Shown: positions 53,644-64,000 of the stretch, in pieces
Layout: every line of letters starts with the position of its first letter
How positions within the stretch are numbered: position 1 is the first letter of the stretch
Assembly (NCBI GenBank): GCA_964016885.1
Contig: OZ024741.1
Span: 45,198,001 to 45,262,000 of the forward strand
Length of the DNA: 64,000 bases
Source: Eledone cirrhosa
Taxonomy: Eukaryota
Direction of reading: 5' to 3'
The notes under the pieces: model-generated
What the model saw: the letters and a program-made list of their open reading frames with translations, nothing else
The model's database searches: none
What the model was told of the DNA's origin: nothing
Program-made: the position numbers and the translations under genes

Positions 53644-53797
53644 AGAATAGAATTAGAATTTCGCTTCAGGCATAGCTGTATACAGATACGGCTTTCTAAA
53701 TGTTTACCTGTAAACATACCGTGTTTCTTTAGAAATACGAAATTTCTACACATATCTGTATACAACGATGCCTGATGCTAAATCCTAATTCTATTCT
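53644..53797. repeat. MITE-like element with 45 bp imperfect inverted repeats
   Basis: agaatagaattagaatttcgcttcaggcatagctgtatacagata versus tatctgtatacaacgatgcctgatgctaaatcctaattctattct. Confidence 0.7.
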
Positions 53798-53924
53798 TTT
53801 ATAAGTTGAGCCAACTTATGGAGTTGCATATGCAAATGAGATTAATCACCTCATTTACACAGACGAGAAAACTATATATTCTCGACTGTTCTCAAGTCCA
53901 GCAGTCGCGAGTGTGGGAGAGATC

Positions 53925-53967
53925 GTCCTGATGAGGACCAGTTACCTCCGAAATGCTTCTGCTAGAC
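53925..53967 (+). ncRNA. Hammerhead motif with imperfect stem III
   Basis: gtc CTGATGA gga-ccagttacc-tcc GAAA tgcttctgc TA gac. Confidence 0.6.
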
Positions 53968-54017
53968 ACCACCAGAGGGTGTGAGTCTTGCTGCTTATTG
54001 CATAGCTATGGTTTTCT

Positions 54018-54048
<31 letters not shown>

Positions 54049-54619
54049 GTATATATATATATAGAGAGAGAGGAGGGGGTGAAAATACACTCCAATTAAA
54101 GTCATATGAATATAGAGATAAATATTTTATATTTGTGTAATAGAGATTCTTGTCAAAAATGATAGTTATAGTTGCGGATAAGCTGGATTGGTAGTTTGTA
54201 ATGTATCGTCGATGGAATAACACAATTCAAGGGATTTGCTTCCGTCCAATGATAGATTACTGCAGTAGTGTAAGAAACTTTGCAGGAACGAAATATCATT
54301 AAGAAGAATGGTGTATAATTCTACTTGCATATTCTATAAATTGCAAAGTATTATAATATGTTAAATAATACAAAGTTTATTTCGAAGTTAATTGCATGAT
54401 GTAGTGTATACTTCCTGGAAGATAATTACTATTAGTCGCTTATTTGAAAGAAGTAAGACTAGCCCTATAAATTTAAACTTAACAGATTTTCCCAGTTCCT
54501 GCCTCTCCTCACGCTGCAACTCATTGTCTTTCAATTTCATCTTATAGTTCTCATTCGATCTCTTAATGAAGGTATTGAGTGCGAAAACTTGAGATTCATA
54601 TTTTTATTATTTCAAGCGG

Positions 54620-54798
54620 TAGGGCGATGGATTGGCAGTATCGGTAGAGAGTCGGTCACCATGATTTATAATGTAGCATATAGTTACGGCCCTTTATGAT
54701 CTGAGTTCAAATCCCGCCGAGGTTAACTTTGCCTCTCATCCTTACGGGGTCGACAAAATAAAGTACCAGTCACGCACTGGGTCGATTTAATCGACTTC
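54620..54798 (+). mobile_element. SINE copy (long subtype, 3'-truncated)
   Basis: Box A and box B plus a body matching 6919-7143. Confidence 0.88.
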
Positions 54799-54855
54799 GA
54801 TTTAATCGGAGGTAACCACAGTAAGTAAAGTACCCAATACATAACAGAGTATACA

Positions 54856-55160
54856 AGTTTTAATATAGATGAGATTCTACAGGACTAGAACTGTTTCATT
54901 CTTTAGAAATCATCAGGAATCTGGCTTTACAAAAGTAAATGTAGTGGTATTTATATCTTTTCAGGTGGTAGGAGAGGGTGGGGAGAGGGATGGGTGGAGG
55001 TCTTTCAACCAAGGACCTCCACCCATCCCACCCCCCACCCTCTCCTACCACCTGAAAAGATATAAATATCACTACATTTATTTTTGGAAAGCCAGATTCC
55101 TGATGATTTCTAAAGAATGAAACAGTTCTAGTCCTGTAGAATCTCATCTATATTAAAACT
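54856..55160. mobile_element. ~305 bp palindromic mini-element with a hammerhead in each arm
   Basis: Arms of ~145 bp around the loop tttcaaccaag. Plus strand 55094-55144: agattc CTGATGA tttctaaagaat GAAA cag..ctg TA gaatct. Confidence 0.85.
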
Positions 55161-55479
55161 ATATATATATATTAAGACAGTGGGGAAGAAAAAATGGCTT
55201 CACTTGTGCTTTCAACAAATTTATTTTCTTCACAAAATCCAAAAAGAATTTTTTCCGGGTTAGAAAATTTTTTTTTTTTTTTTCTCCTTAAAAAAATTAT
55301 TTAATAAATTGAGTTGTTGGTTGTTGGTTAGGTCTTAGGAGTTCTTGGTTAACGCAGGAGGTATTGTTTCGTTTACCCATCTACAATGGGTGGAGGTCCT
55401 TGGTTGAAAGACCTCCACCCATCCCTCTCCCCACCCTCTCCTACCACCTGAAAAGATATAAATACCACTACATTTACAT

Positions 55480-57959
55480 ATCTCTCTTCATATATATATG
55501 ATTTATTTTCTTTTGGTCGTTTTGTAGATGGGTAATTCTCCGGGTAACAGGATCCGCTGGTGAAGAGAGATATGTAAGGGAATGTAGAATGAGATGTAAA
55601 GTGTGTAGAGGAACGTAGGAAAGCGCGTAAAAAATAAAAATAATAACACGAGATAGAGTTACCTTGGGTGAGATTTAATTGTCCCTATATTTCGGATTCG
55701 CATCCATAACTAGGGGGTTTTGCGGGGGGGGGGGTTATCTGTCGGAGAGGAACGGTACGTGTCCTCTGCTGTTCGCTATTTGTGACTAACTGAGGTATTC
55801 TGCAGAGCGCACGTGCGCGCGGAATAAGTGCGGTCAAGCAAAGGTCGCAGCAGTTCTTTTAATCGTGGCGTTAGCTGTCAATCCACTGTACTATTTATTT
55901 GTGCTGGTTTTTGGTACTAGTAGTGTAGTATATTCGTATGGTAGTAGTCTGCCTGGTCGGTGAATGGTGGCGTTGCTACACACGCAATAACAGTCGTTCG
56001 AATGCTACTGTGTGTGAGTGTCTGCAGGTGTTGTTGTCTCGTTTGTTTACACTAAGCACCTCATTTCGCTTCTCTCGGATCGGTTATTTATTTGTGGCAC
56101 TTGGCATTTGATCGAAAGTGCTTCCTTCATTCGTAACGTGCCAACGTTGCGTTCTGTCGCTAACACTGTGACAATGGGCCTTCCGTCTTTGTTTCCGCAT
56201 TTGGTTATGTGTTTCCGGAAAGACGAGGCCCTGGTGTTGATGTGCTCCTTGGTCCGGATGTGTAGCGGCCGGATTGTGCTACCGATATAGTAGTGGTTGC
56301 ACTTGTCACATTCTACCTAATACACGACGTATGTGCGTAAGTAACAGTTCGTATGGCGCATCGGACAGTTTCTGAAGGAACACGCGTCAGTCGATTTCCC
56401 GGGTTTCCTGGAGAGGCATCTCCGCAGGGCGGGGCCCGAGTGGGCCAGGTGGTTGTTGAGGCTCTCTCTCCGTATAGCCCTGCGGATAGCGTTGGTGGTA
56501 TTCTCGCCCAGGTGTGGGATTTTAAGGAAGCACTTGCCTTCGGTGTTTCTCTGCCTCTTGCGTCTGGTGTCTCTTACTCGGTTTGTGAGCGAGGAAGGGT
56601 ACCCGTTGGTCTCCAGCACTTTGAGGAATCGCTTGGTGTGGGTGACACCACTCACGGGATCGCTGCATCTGTCTTTAATTCGCGTGATCTCGTTCGTGAT
56701 GTACCCTCTTTTAGCACTGTTAGGGAGGGCAGACTTGTAGTGAACGAACAAGTCCCTGCGGGCTGCCTTGCGGGAGAAGTTGGTGTGGATCCCTCCCTGC
56801 TCTGTGATGTTGATTCGGAAGTCGAGGAGGGCAAGTGACTCGTCGTCGCTGGGGTGTTAAACACTGAAATCAATGTTCTCTTCCGTGTTGTTGAACGTCT
56901 CATAAATTCCGTTCGCCATCTCCTGGGAAGATGTGAGGATGAGGATGTTGTCCACGTACCTTGAGAAAAAAGCGACAGCGTTGGGGTGGTAGGTATTGAG
57001 TGCCTTGCGCTCGAGGCTATCCATGTAATGAGATCGCTAGCACACCTGACAGACTTGAGCCCATGGGTAGCCCCGAGGTTTGCTGGTATGTTTGGTCGAG
57101 AAAACCGAAGTATGTGTTGTCAACAACGACGGATAGGAGTTGGTGGATGTCAGTGGGGGTGAGCCCGAAGCAGTGTAGGTTGGTAGATTTGACGCGTTCC
57201 ATCAGTATATTAACGGCCAGGAGCGCCGCTACCGAGGTGTAAAGACCGACCACATCAAGGCTGAAGGGATATCTGTTAGCCTTTCTGGTTTCGGGATTCA
57301 TTTGATGCAGGCGCTCCAACACCTCCTCGGGGCTGTTTACGTGTCCCGGGAAGGTGTTTAGTATTGGTTTCAGTATTCTGGCTAGGAGCCATGAAATTAT
57401 GTAGAGTCGTCCTTCCACGCTCGATACAATAGGTTGGATCTTCAGGTCGGGTCCCTGTGAAAACACACAAACATGGACCCGACCTGAAGATCAGACCTAT
57501 TGTATCGTGCGTGGAAGGGCCGCTCTACAAAATAAATAAATAACCAATCCGAGAAAAGCGAAATGAGGTGGTTGGTGTAAACAAACATGACAACTTTACA
57601 CGCACACACACACACACAGTAGCATTCGAACGACTGTTATTGCGTGTGTAGCACCGCCACCATCCAGCGACCAGGAAGACTACTACCATACGAATATACT
57701 ACACTGCTAGTGCGAAACACCAGCACAGATAAATAGTACAATGGATTGACAGCTAACGCCTTCCCACTCCCACAATTAAAAGAACTGCTTGACCTTGGCT
57801 TGACCGCACTTATTCCACGCGCACATTCCCTTAACTCTCTCTTCACCACCGGATCCCATTACCCGGAGAATTACCCATCTGCATTGTTGAGGCTTCCAAA
57901 ACGGCCAAAAGAAAATAAATCTTATTATTCCACAATGCTTCAAGCAAATGTCAATACTC

Positions 57960-57960
<1 letters not shown>
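55480..57960 (-). mobile_element. Degenerate PLE (RT plus GIY-YIG) with an inverted, internally deleted copy of itself
   Basis: Minus strand: QPIVSS, FSLDVVGLYTS, QTSGLPMGSSLS, RYVDN, YIGSTIRPLHIRTKEH. 57470-57530 and 57530-57920 are inverted copies of ~57400-57455 and ~55500-56090. Confidence 0.85.
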
Positions 57961-58024
<64 letters not shown>

Positions 58025-58040
58025 TATATATATATATATA

Positions 58041-58130
58041 CAGGCTGGAGATAAAATGTGTAGCAACAAGGGCGGTGCCCCAGCATGGCCTCAGCCGGAT
58101 GGCTGAAACAGGTAAAAGAGTAAAAGAGAT
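58041..58130 (+). mobile_element. 3' end of a second SINE-like family inside (TA)n
   Basis: gggcggtgccccagcatggcc...ctgaaacaggtaaaagagtaaaag, recalled as a common octopus repeat end. Confidence 0.5.
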
Positions 58131-58136
58131 ATATAC

Positions 58137-58191
<55 letters not shown>

Positions 58192-58360
58192 TATATAGTA
58201 TTAGTTATACTATGTATGGTTATGTAAATACAAAACCTTAAGCAGTTGTAAGTATTTTACACACACCCTAAATAGTGGTAGGCAGTATTGTATTACTACC
58301 TTATTACCAGTAAGTTAAGTAGCTCAATGTAAAAACATCAGATGATTTACAGAGCAGTTA

Positions 58361-58976
58361 TATGAAATATAAGAATCAAAGAACTGTTCAAAACATTATT
58401 GTGCTTACAGCTGTTTCCTCCAAACCGAGGTTTGGATTCTTCGGAGCAATTTATTAATGCATGGACAGTTATATGACCTCCTTTTCAGCCGAGAGACATA
58501 CCAATACATATTCAAACATTGATACATATTCAAACATTGTGGGTCAACATTCATTACAGAATTTAGAGTGGCAGTACACACTCTTATTTACCTACCTAAG
58601 TGCCTCTACCACACATATCTCTCTGCCACACTATATAAACAAGACGCACATGCGTGCCACACATATAACATTTGCACTATATAACCGCTTATCTTCATGT
58701 TGTATTTTAACCTATAATTTTGATTTTTGATTTTTGATTGTACCTATTAATATAAGTGTGTACTGCCACTCTAAATTCTGTAATGAATGTTGACCCACAA
58801 TGTTTGAATATGTATCAATGTTTGAATATGTATTGGTATGTCTCTCGGCTGAAAAGGAGATCATATAACTGTCCATGCATTAATAAATTGCTCCGAAGAA
58901 TCCAAACCTCGGTTTGGAGGAAACAGCTGTAAGCACAATAATGTTTTGAACAGTTCTTTGATTCTTATATTTCATA
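58361..58976. mobile_element. ~615 bp fold-back mini-element with ~220 bp arms and a hammerhead variant
   Basis: 58361-58582 is the reverse complement of 58755-58976 (one mismatch seen). 58889-58935: tgct CCGAAGA a tccaaacc-tc-ggtttgga g GAAA cagctg TA agca. Confidence 0.85.
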
Positions 58977-59244
58977 CAATTATATATATATATAAAGTAT
59001 CCCCTTGCAAATTTCTACATACACAGTCCACCTACTAACCTTCCTACCTCTTTGGCTTCCCCTCGATCTTTCTACCTCACTCCCTTCTCTCTGCTGACTG
59101 ATTCATAGAATATCTATTTCGCTACTCCTCCTACGTCGCTCTATCTACGTCTAATGCTACCCCATTCATTTGCCCCATCCTTTGTGTCCTATCGTTCAAA
59201 ATGCGAATCAAAATAATTGTCTCTATTTTTGACACAATCCACCA

Positions 59245-59400
59245 ATTTCCCCAGTGCATTACTGATGCTTTATTTTATCGACCCCGGGAGGATGAAAGTC
59301 AAAGTTAACCTCGGCGGGATTTGAACTAAGAGCGTAAAGAGGCGTAACTCTATGCTACAAAGCATGGCGTCCGAATCTCTACAAATACGGCTAATCCAAT
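59245..59400 (-). mobile_element. SINE copy
   Basis: Reverse complement of SINE head, box B and body. Confidence 0.85.
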
Positions 59401-59629
59401 GCAACCGTTTAAACTAACCTTGCTCTACATATTGCTTATTCCTTATCCTTTTCGTTACCGAGTCAGTTTAACCTAGAACATGAGCGATTTTCATCTGTTT
59501 CTATACGGCCTAAGTATTGGTGTTGAACACTTTTTTCGTGTTTTTTTGTGCATATAATTTATGAATTGTTCTTGTTCTTTTCACGTCGTGTTTACACCCA
59601 TATATTAGCCGTGTCATTTTTACCTATAA

Positions 59630-59723
<94 letters not shown>

Positions 59724-59913
59724 ATGCGCCTAGATGTGTTTGTCGGTCTGTTAGTATGGGTGGCTCTGTTTGATTTTATGTGCATTTCATAGCTACGCAG
59801 TTATATAAGCGAATGGATAGTCTCATCGTTGTACAAAATATATTAGCAAAACTATTTATATATACACACTTACATCACACACACGCCCTCCACAACCACA
59901 CATATACATATAA

Positions 59914-59963
<50 letters not shown>

Positions 59964-60003
59964 TTATATATATATATATATATATTGATACATATATATA
60001 TGC

Positions 60004-60084
<81 letters not shown>

Positions 60085-60087
<3 letters not shown>

Positions 60088-60181
60088 GCGTGCTTTTATT
60101 TGGTGTGAAACTATATATTTCAGAAAGAATGAAAGATTCCACATTTCAATGAGTAACGCAAAGAATTTAACTACATTATAA

Positions 60182-60225
<44 letters not shown>

Positions 60226-60234
60226 ATATATAAG

Positions 60235-60267
<33 letters not shown>

Positions 60268-60300
60268 TAATACATATATATATATATATATATATATGTA

Positions 60301-60345
<45 letters not shown>

Positions 60346-60357
60346 GTATATGTATCA

Positions 60358-60389
<32 letters not shown>

Positions 60390-60403
60390 GTATATATATA
60401 TAC

Positions 60404-60437
<34 letters not shown>

Positions 60438-60455
60438 TTTGATACATATATATAT

Positions 60456-60513
<58 letters not shown>

Positions 60514-60612
60514 TTATAATGTTAGTTAAATTCTTCACGTTACTCATTGAAATGTGGAATCTTTCATTCTTTCTGAAATATATAGTTTCACACCAAATAA
60601 AAACACGCGTTT
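60085..60612. repeat. ~100 bp inverted repeat whose spacer is a (TA)n tract
   Basis: 60085-60188 versus 60506-60612, reverse-complementary with a few mismatches. Confidence 0.85.
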
Positions 60613-61389
60613 TTGTGTTATAGCTTGAGACGGAAAAATGTTCCCTCCACAGTCATAAAACTCAACTGATATGACAAGCAAATAATTGATATTATCCTGA
60701 AAAGTAAATAAATCAAACTTTACCGTCAATACAAAGAAAACTCGATTAAATGGACAGTCTAACTTTATATTAGAAACATTTTATGGCTTACTTTGTTTGT
60801 AAAATATATGTCCACAATATGTAATGACTATTTTCTTTGATTATTTTCTTTGAAAATTTTAGGTAACATGATTTTTTCATATTCATGTAAAGCTTTCCTA
60901 TAAATACTCTTTAAACATTTTGAAGAAACACAATATACTTATTTTCAGAAGTTAATGCTGTTTATTGTATCGCATGTTTCTTTGTTTTTCTCGTTTTATT
61001 TGTTATTTATTTTACCTTACCCCATTTTTTTGTGTACTCCATCCTTGTCACCTCAAATATTTCAACCATATTTTCATTTATACAGAAATAAAAGTAAATA
61101 AATGTATTCTTATATAATACATACTGATCATCATGATTGGGATGATGACCATCATCGGTGTCTCCTCCTCACCCTCCTGATCATCATCATCATCAGCATC
61201 ATCATCGTCATCATTATCAACATCATTAGTATCAGCACTGATCGACTACAGTAATAGAGAGCCACCGTCCTCCAGCAACCACTGTGTATTTCATAATCAG
61301 TTGTAGTGCCATGGTTGATTTAATATCCGTGTCTAACAGAGGGGTCTGATGCCATATAGGGAATCAGAATGACAATTGTCAGATAATGT

Positions 61390-61515
61390 GTAGCATTTCG
61401 GTAGACACACTAGCAATTTCACTCTTTCGCCGACATGGTCACGTATTTTATTTTGTCGACCCTCGAAAAGATAAAAGGTAGTGTTGACCTCAGATAGATT
61501 TGAACTCAGAATTCT
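61390..61515 (-). mobile_element. Old SINE remnant
   Basis: tttattttgtcgaccctcgaaaagataaaaggtagtgttgacctc...tttgaactcaga. Confidence 0.65.
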
Positions 61516-63539
61516 AAGAAAAAAGTTAGTTCAACATACGCCATAATGGCTCTGTCATGTTACTGACTATTTACACATACACACATACATTCATAAAGTT
61601 ATGCTCCTCGCACGCACACATTCATATGAATAAGTATACACACAATGAGTAATGGTGAGTAGTCAGAGACGGGAAACCTCATCAGTGCTCTACAAATATG
61701 ACAAATAAGAAAATACACTAGATCACATTGGGATAACACTTATATATTTACACCGATTAAATACAATGCTCTAACAGATTAAGGACGTAAGTACCACACA
61801 TAACGGAGTGTAGGCCTAAACTCAATAAGAAGCATGAAATGAATAAAAATAATCTCACAACATAGCAAATGAGGATAATATAAGAACACATTGTCACGTT
61901 TTCTTTCTAAAACATCATTTCGTTTTGTCTCATTTTGATTGGTTTGGTCTTAAATAATTCAAACTGCTAATATTAAAGCTCAAGAGTCCCAGTGAACCGA
62001 GGCAAATAGACGATAAAAACGTAATGAAATAAGTGGAATTTTAGCGTGACATTACAATAGATAAGCATCATTTTGGCAACCGGCCTGAACCGGTGTCGAT
62101 TCAAGTAAGCATCAGATCAAGATAGTCAAATAAAATGAATTATTCTGGATATCTATAATGAAAGGCTTTCTCGTTATGACAACTCCGTCTTATTTTGTGG
62201 CATAACATAGCTCATACCACTTTTGATATTATGCCCTTCTCTCTTCAGGGTGATGTAACTGATGTTTTCAGCAGGTCATGAGACTATGTAGATTACTCCT
62301 TGTTGATGCGATAAGCTTTGATTTCAATTCCCAAGCCGAAAGATCTTTGATATTAAGGGAAGAAACAAACAGGACTGTAAGAAGACAACACACAATAAGC
62401 CGGAGATTAACCAATGTTTAGACTACTGGCAGTGGGTAGCCAAGATTATACAGCAAATTGTAAGATAAAAAGTGAAACGACGTGAACAATTATAGGTTAC
62501 AAAACGTCTTGTGGCAACAACATGGATTCCGATTGATAAATCTATCGTAATTACATTTCAAATACTTTTGCACTCGTGAATAGCTTTAAATTATCAAAGG
62601 GAAGTATACTTTTAAAACGAACCGAATAACCTTAAGTAAAGCGCAATATATAAAAAAAGGAAATATTCAAGCAATGCAATCGTACAAAAATAAAAACAAC
62701 TTCCATACAATAGCAAGAACATGCAAACAGGCCGCCAGGTAATTCTCCTGCTACGAAGAGAGAAGACATTTTTAAAATGAAGCATAATATCTATAAAAAA
62801 GAATCATACTTTAGGTAGTGTAGTTCCATGTATCTGTGAATACAGTATGCGTTTCTCACGTATAAAATGCTTTTGAATATAGATCTATTAGAGAAAGTAC
62901 AATATGGTTATATCTGATAACCATATTGAAATTAATGTTGAAAATTGAAATATTGGTAAAGTGGGTGACAGACATTTTGACACCAAGAAATTAATTTCTT
63001 CTTCGTTCATTTTAAACAGAATATCAGATTTTTTATAGTTGAAAATACTAAATGCAATCGCAAATTCTATTCTGATAGTATCTTCCCTCGCATATCATGC
63101 CTTTGGAATTGGTTTCTGGCTTCTCTGACCACCATAAGATGTAAAAATTAAAAGGCAACATCAATCGTCATCTTTTTCTCCTTGAATAGTGTACCTTCTC
63201 TCTTGTACCTTTCCCTTCTCTGTAAACCTTCGTATTCTAGTGGATATATTGCCTTATTGGTGGGTAAACAAAAAAAGAACATATTCCTAGGAGCAGAGTC
63301 TTCAGATCTGCATTCCTCAGCGTCATATTATAAAAACCCATCTCCAAGTAATCCGGCTGGTTTTCTTGGCGAGATCAACTAAGTATGTGAATGTTATCCA
63401 ACCATCTTGCTTGTGTTCTAACTCAAGATCACCTACTAGTAAGCATTGCCCCTAAAATCTAGGAAACGATTCTTTCATTACACATTCTAATCTCATGATC
63501 GTAGTAACAGTGCTGTGAGCTGATGCAGAAAAGTAGAAA

Positions 63540-63800
63540 CCCACCTGGATCATCTAGCTGTCTCCAAGCTGCACAATTTATCAAGTAACGTTACTTAGGA
63601 GCCATTTTCTAGGAACTCCTTTTCGACTGTTTGTATTTGCGATCGTATTCGTCTGGTCATTACCCAAGTTTAATGACCATAGTTAAAGACAGACTGGGTC
63701 ACCGAATAGGGAGTTTGGCTGATGACCGAGTGCTGAAGCAGGTACAGTAGAGGCTCAGCTCCAGCAATTCTTGCACTTAAATCAGCCTCTCACTTTCCAT
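63540..63800 (-). mobile_element. Degraded RTE-clade LINE fragment
   Basis: Minus strand: YGH*TWVMTRRIRSQIQTVEKEFL..VTLLDKL, resembling RTE/Expander YGHELWVMTERTRSRIQAAEMSFL. Confidence 0.65.
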
Positions 63801-64000
63801 TACGCTTAAAAACACCCCTGAAAAACGTCAACACATTAACATTAAATATGCTGTCATTGACATCACACATTCTCTCATAAAAGACTGAGAAATTATTGAA
63901 AAAAATAACAAATTAAAACAATCACCTCTGAAGAATATTCGTAATCAATATTTGCTCAACATGATTGGTTTCTTTGGAGGTTGCATGTTTACAGCCCTTG

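Noticed and set aside
54869-55147. Two nearly identical 83 aa ORFs on opposite strands
   Set aside because: A trivial consequence of the palindrome; no protein motif.

Overview
AT-rich, repeat-saturated animal DNA, most likely from a coleoid cephalopod (Octopus-like). That taxon call is an inference from recalled octopus tRNA-derived SINE sequences and the extreme microsatellite load. I found no convincing host protein-coding exon; most ORFs in the track are microsatellite read-throughs or antisense frames of retroelements. Main contents: (1) A ~17 kb nested cluster (33.5-50.3 kb) of L1/Tx1-type LINEs, including two full-length ~5.9 kb copies on the minus strand. They alternate with R4/Dong-type RLE LINE fragments (plus strand) and SINEs, and every junction is a (TAA)n tract. 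(2) Several distinct families of Penelope-like elements (PLEs; RT plus C-terminal GIY-YIG), nearly all bounded by (TA)n. (3) About a dozen type-I hammerhead ribozyme motifs, intact or degenerate. They sit in PLE 3' ends and in short non-coding cassettes, often palindromic, inside (TA)n tracts. (4) About 10 tRNA-head SINEs whose 3' tail resembles the Tx1 LINE 3' end. (5) RTE and mariner relics, MITE-like hairpins and a 200-N gap. The best leads are the hammerhead-carrying fold-back mini-elements, the possible Tx1-SINE partnership at (TAA)n, an ORF2-less Tx1 derivative, and a repeated GC-rich block with partial HDV-ribozyme-like features. All assignments come from motifs read by eye; no searches or folding programs were run.
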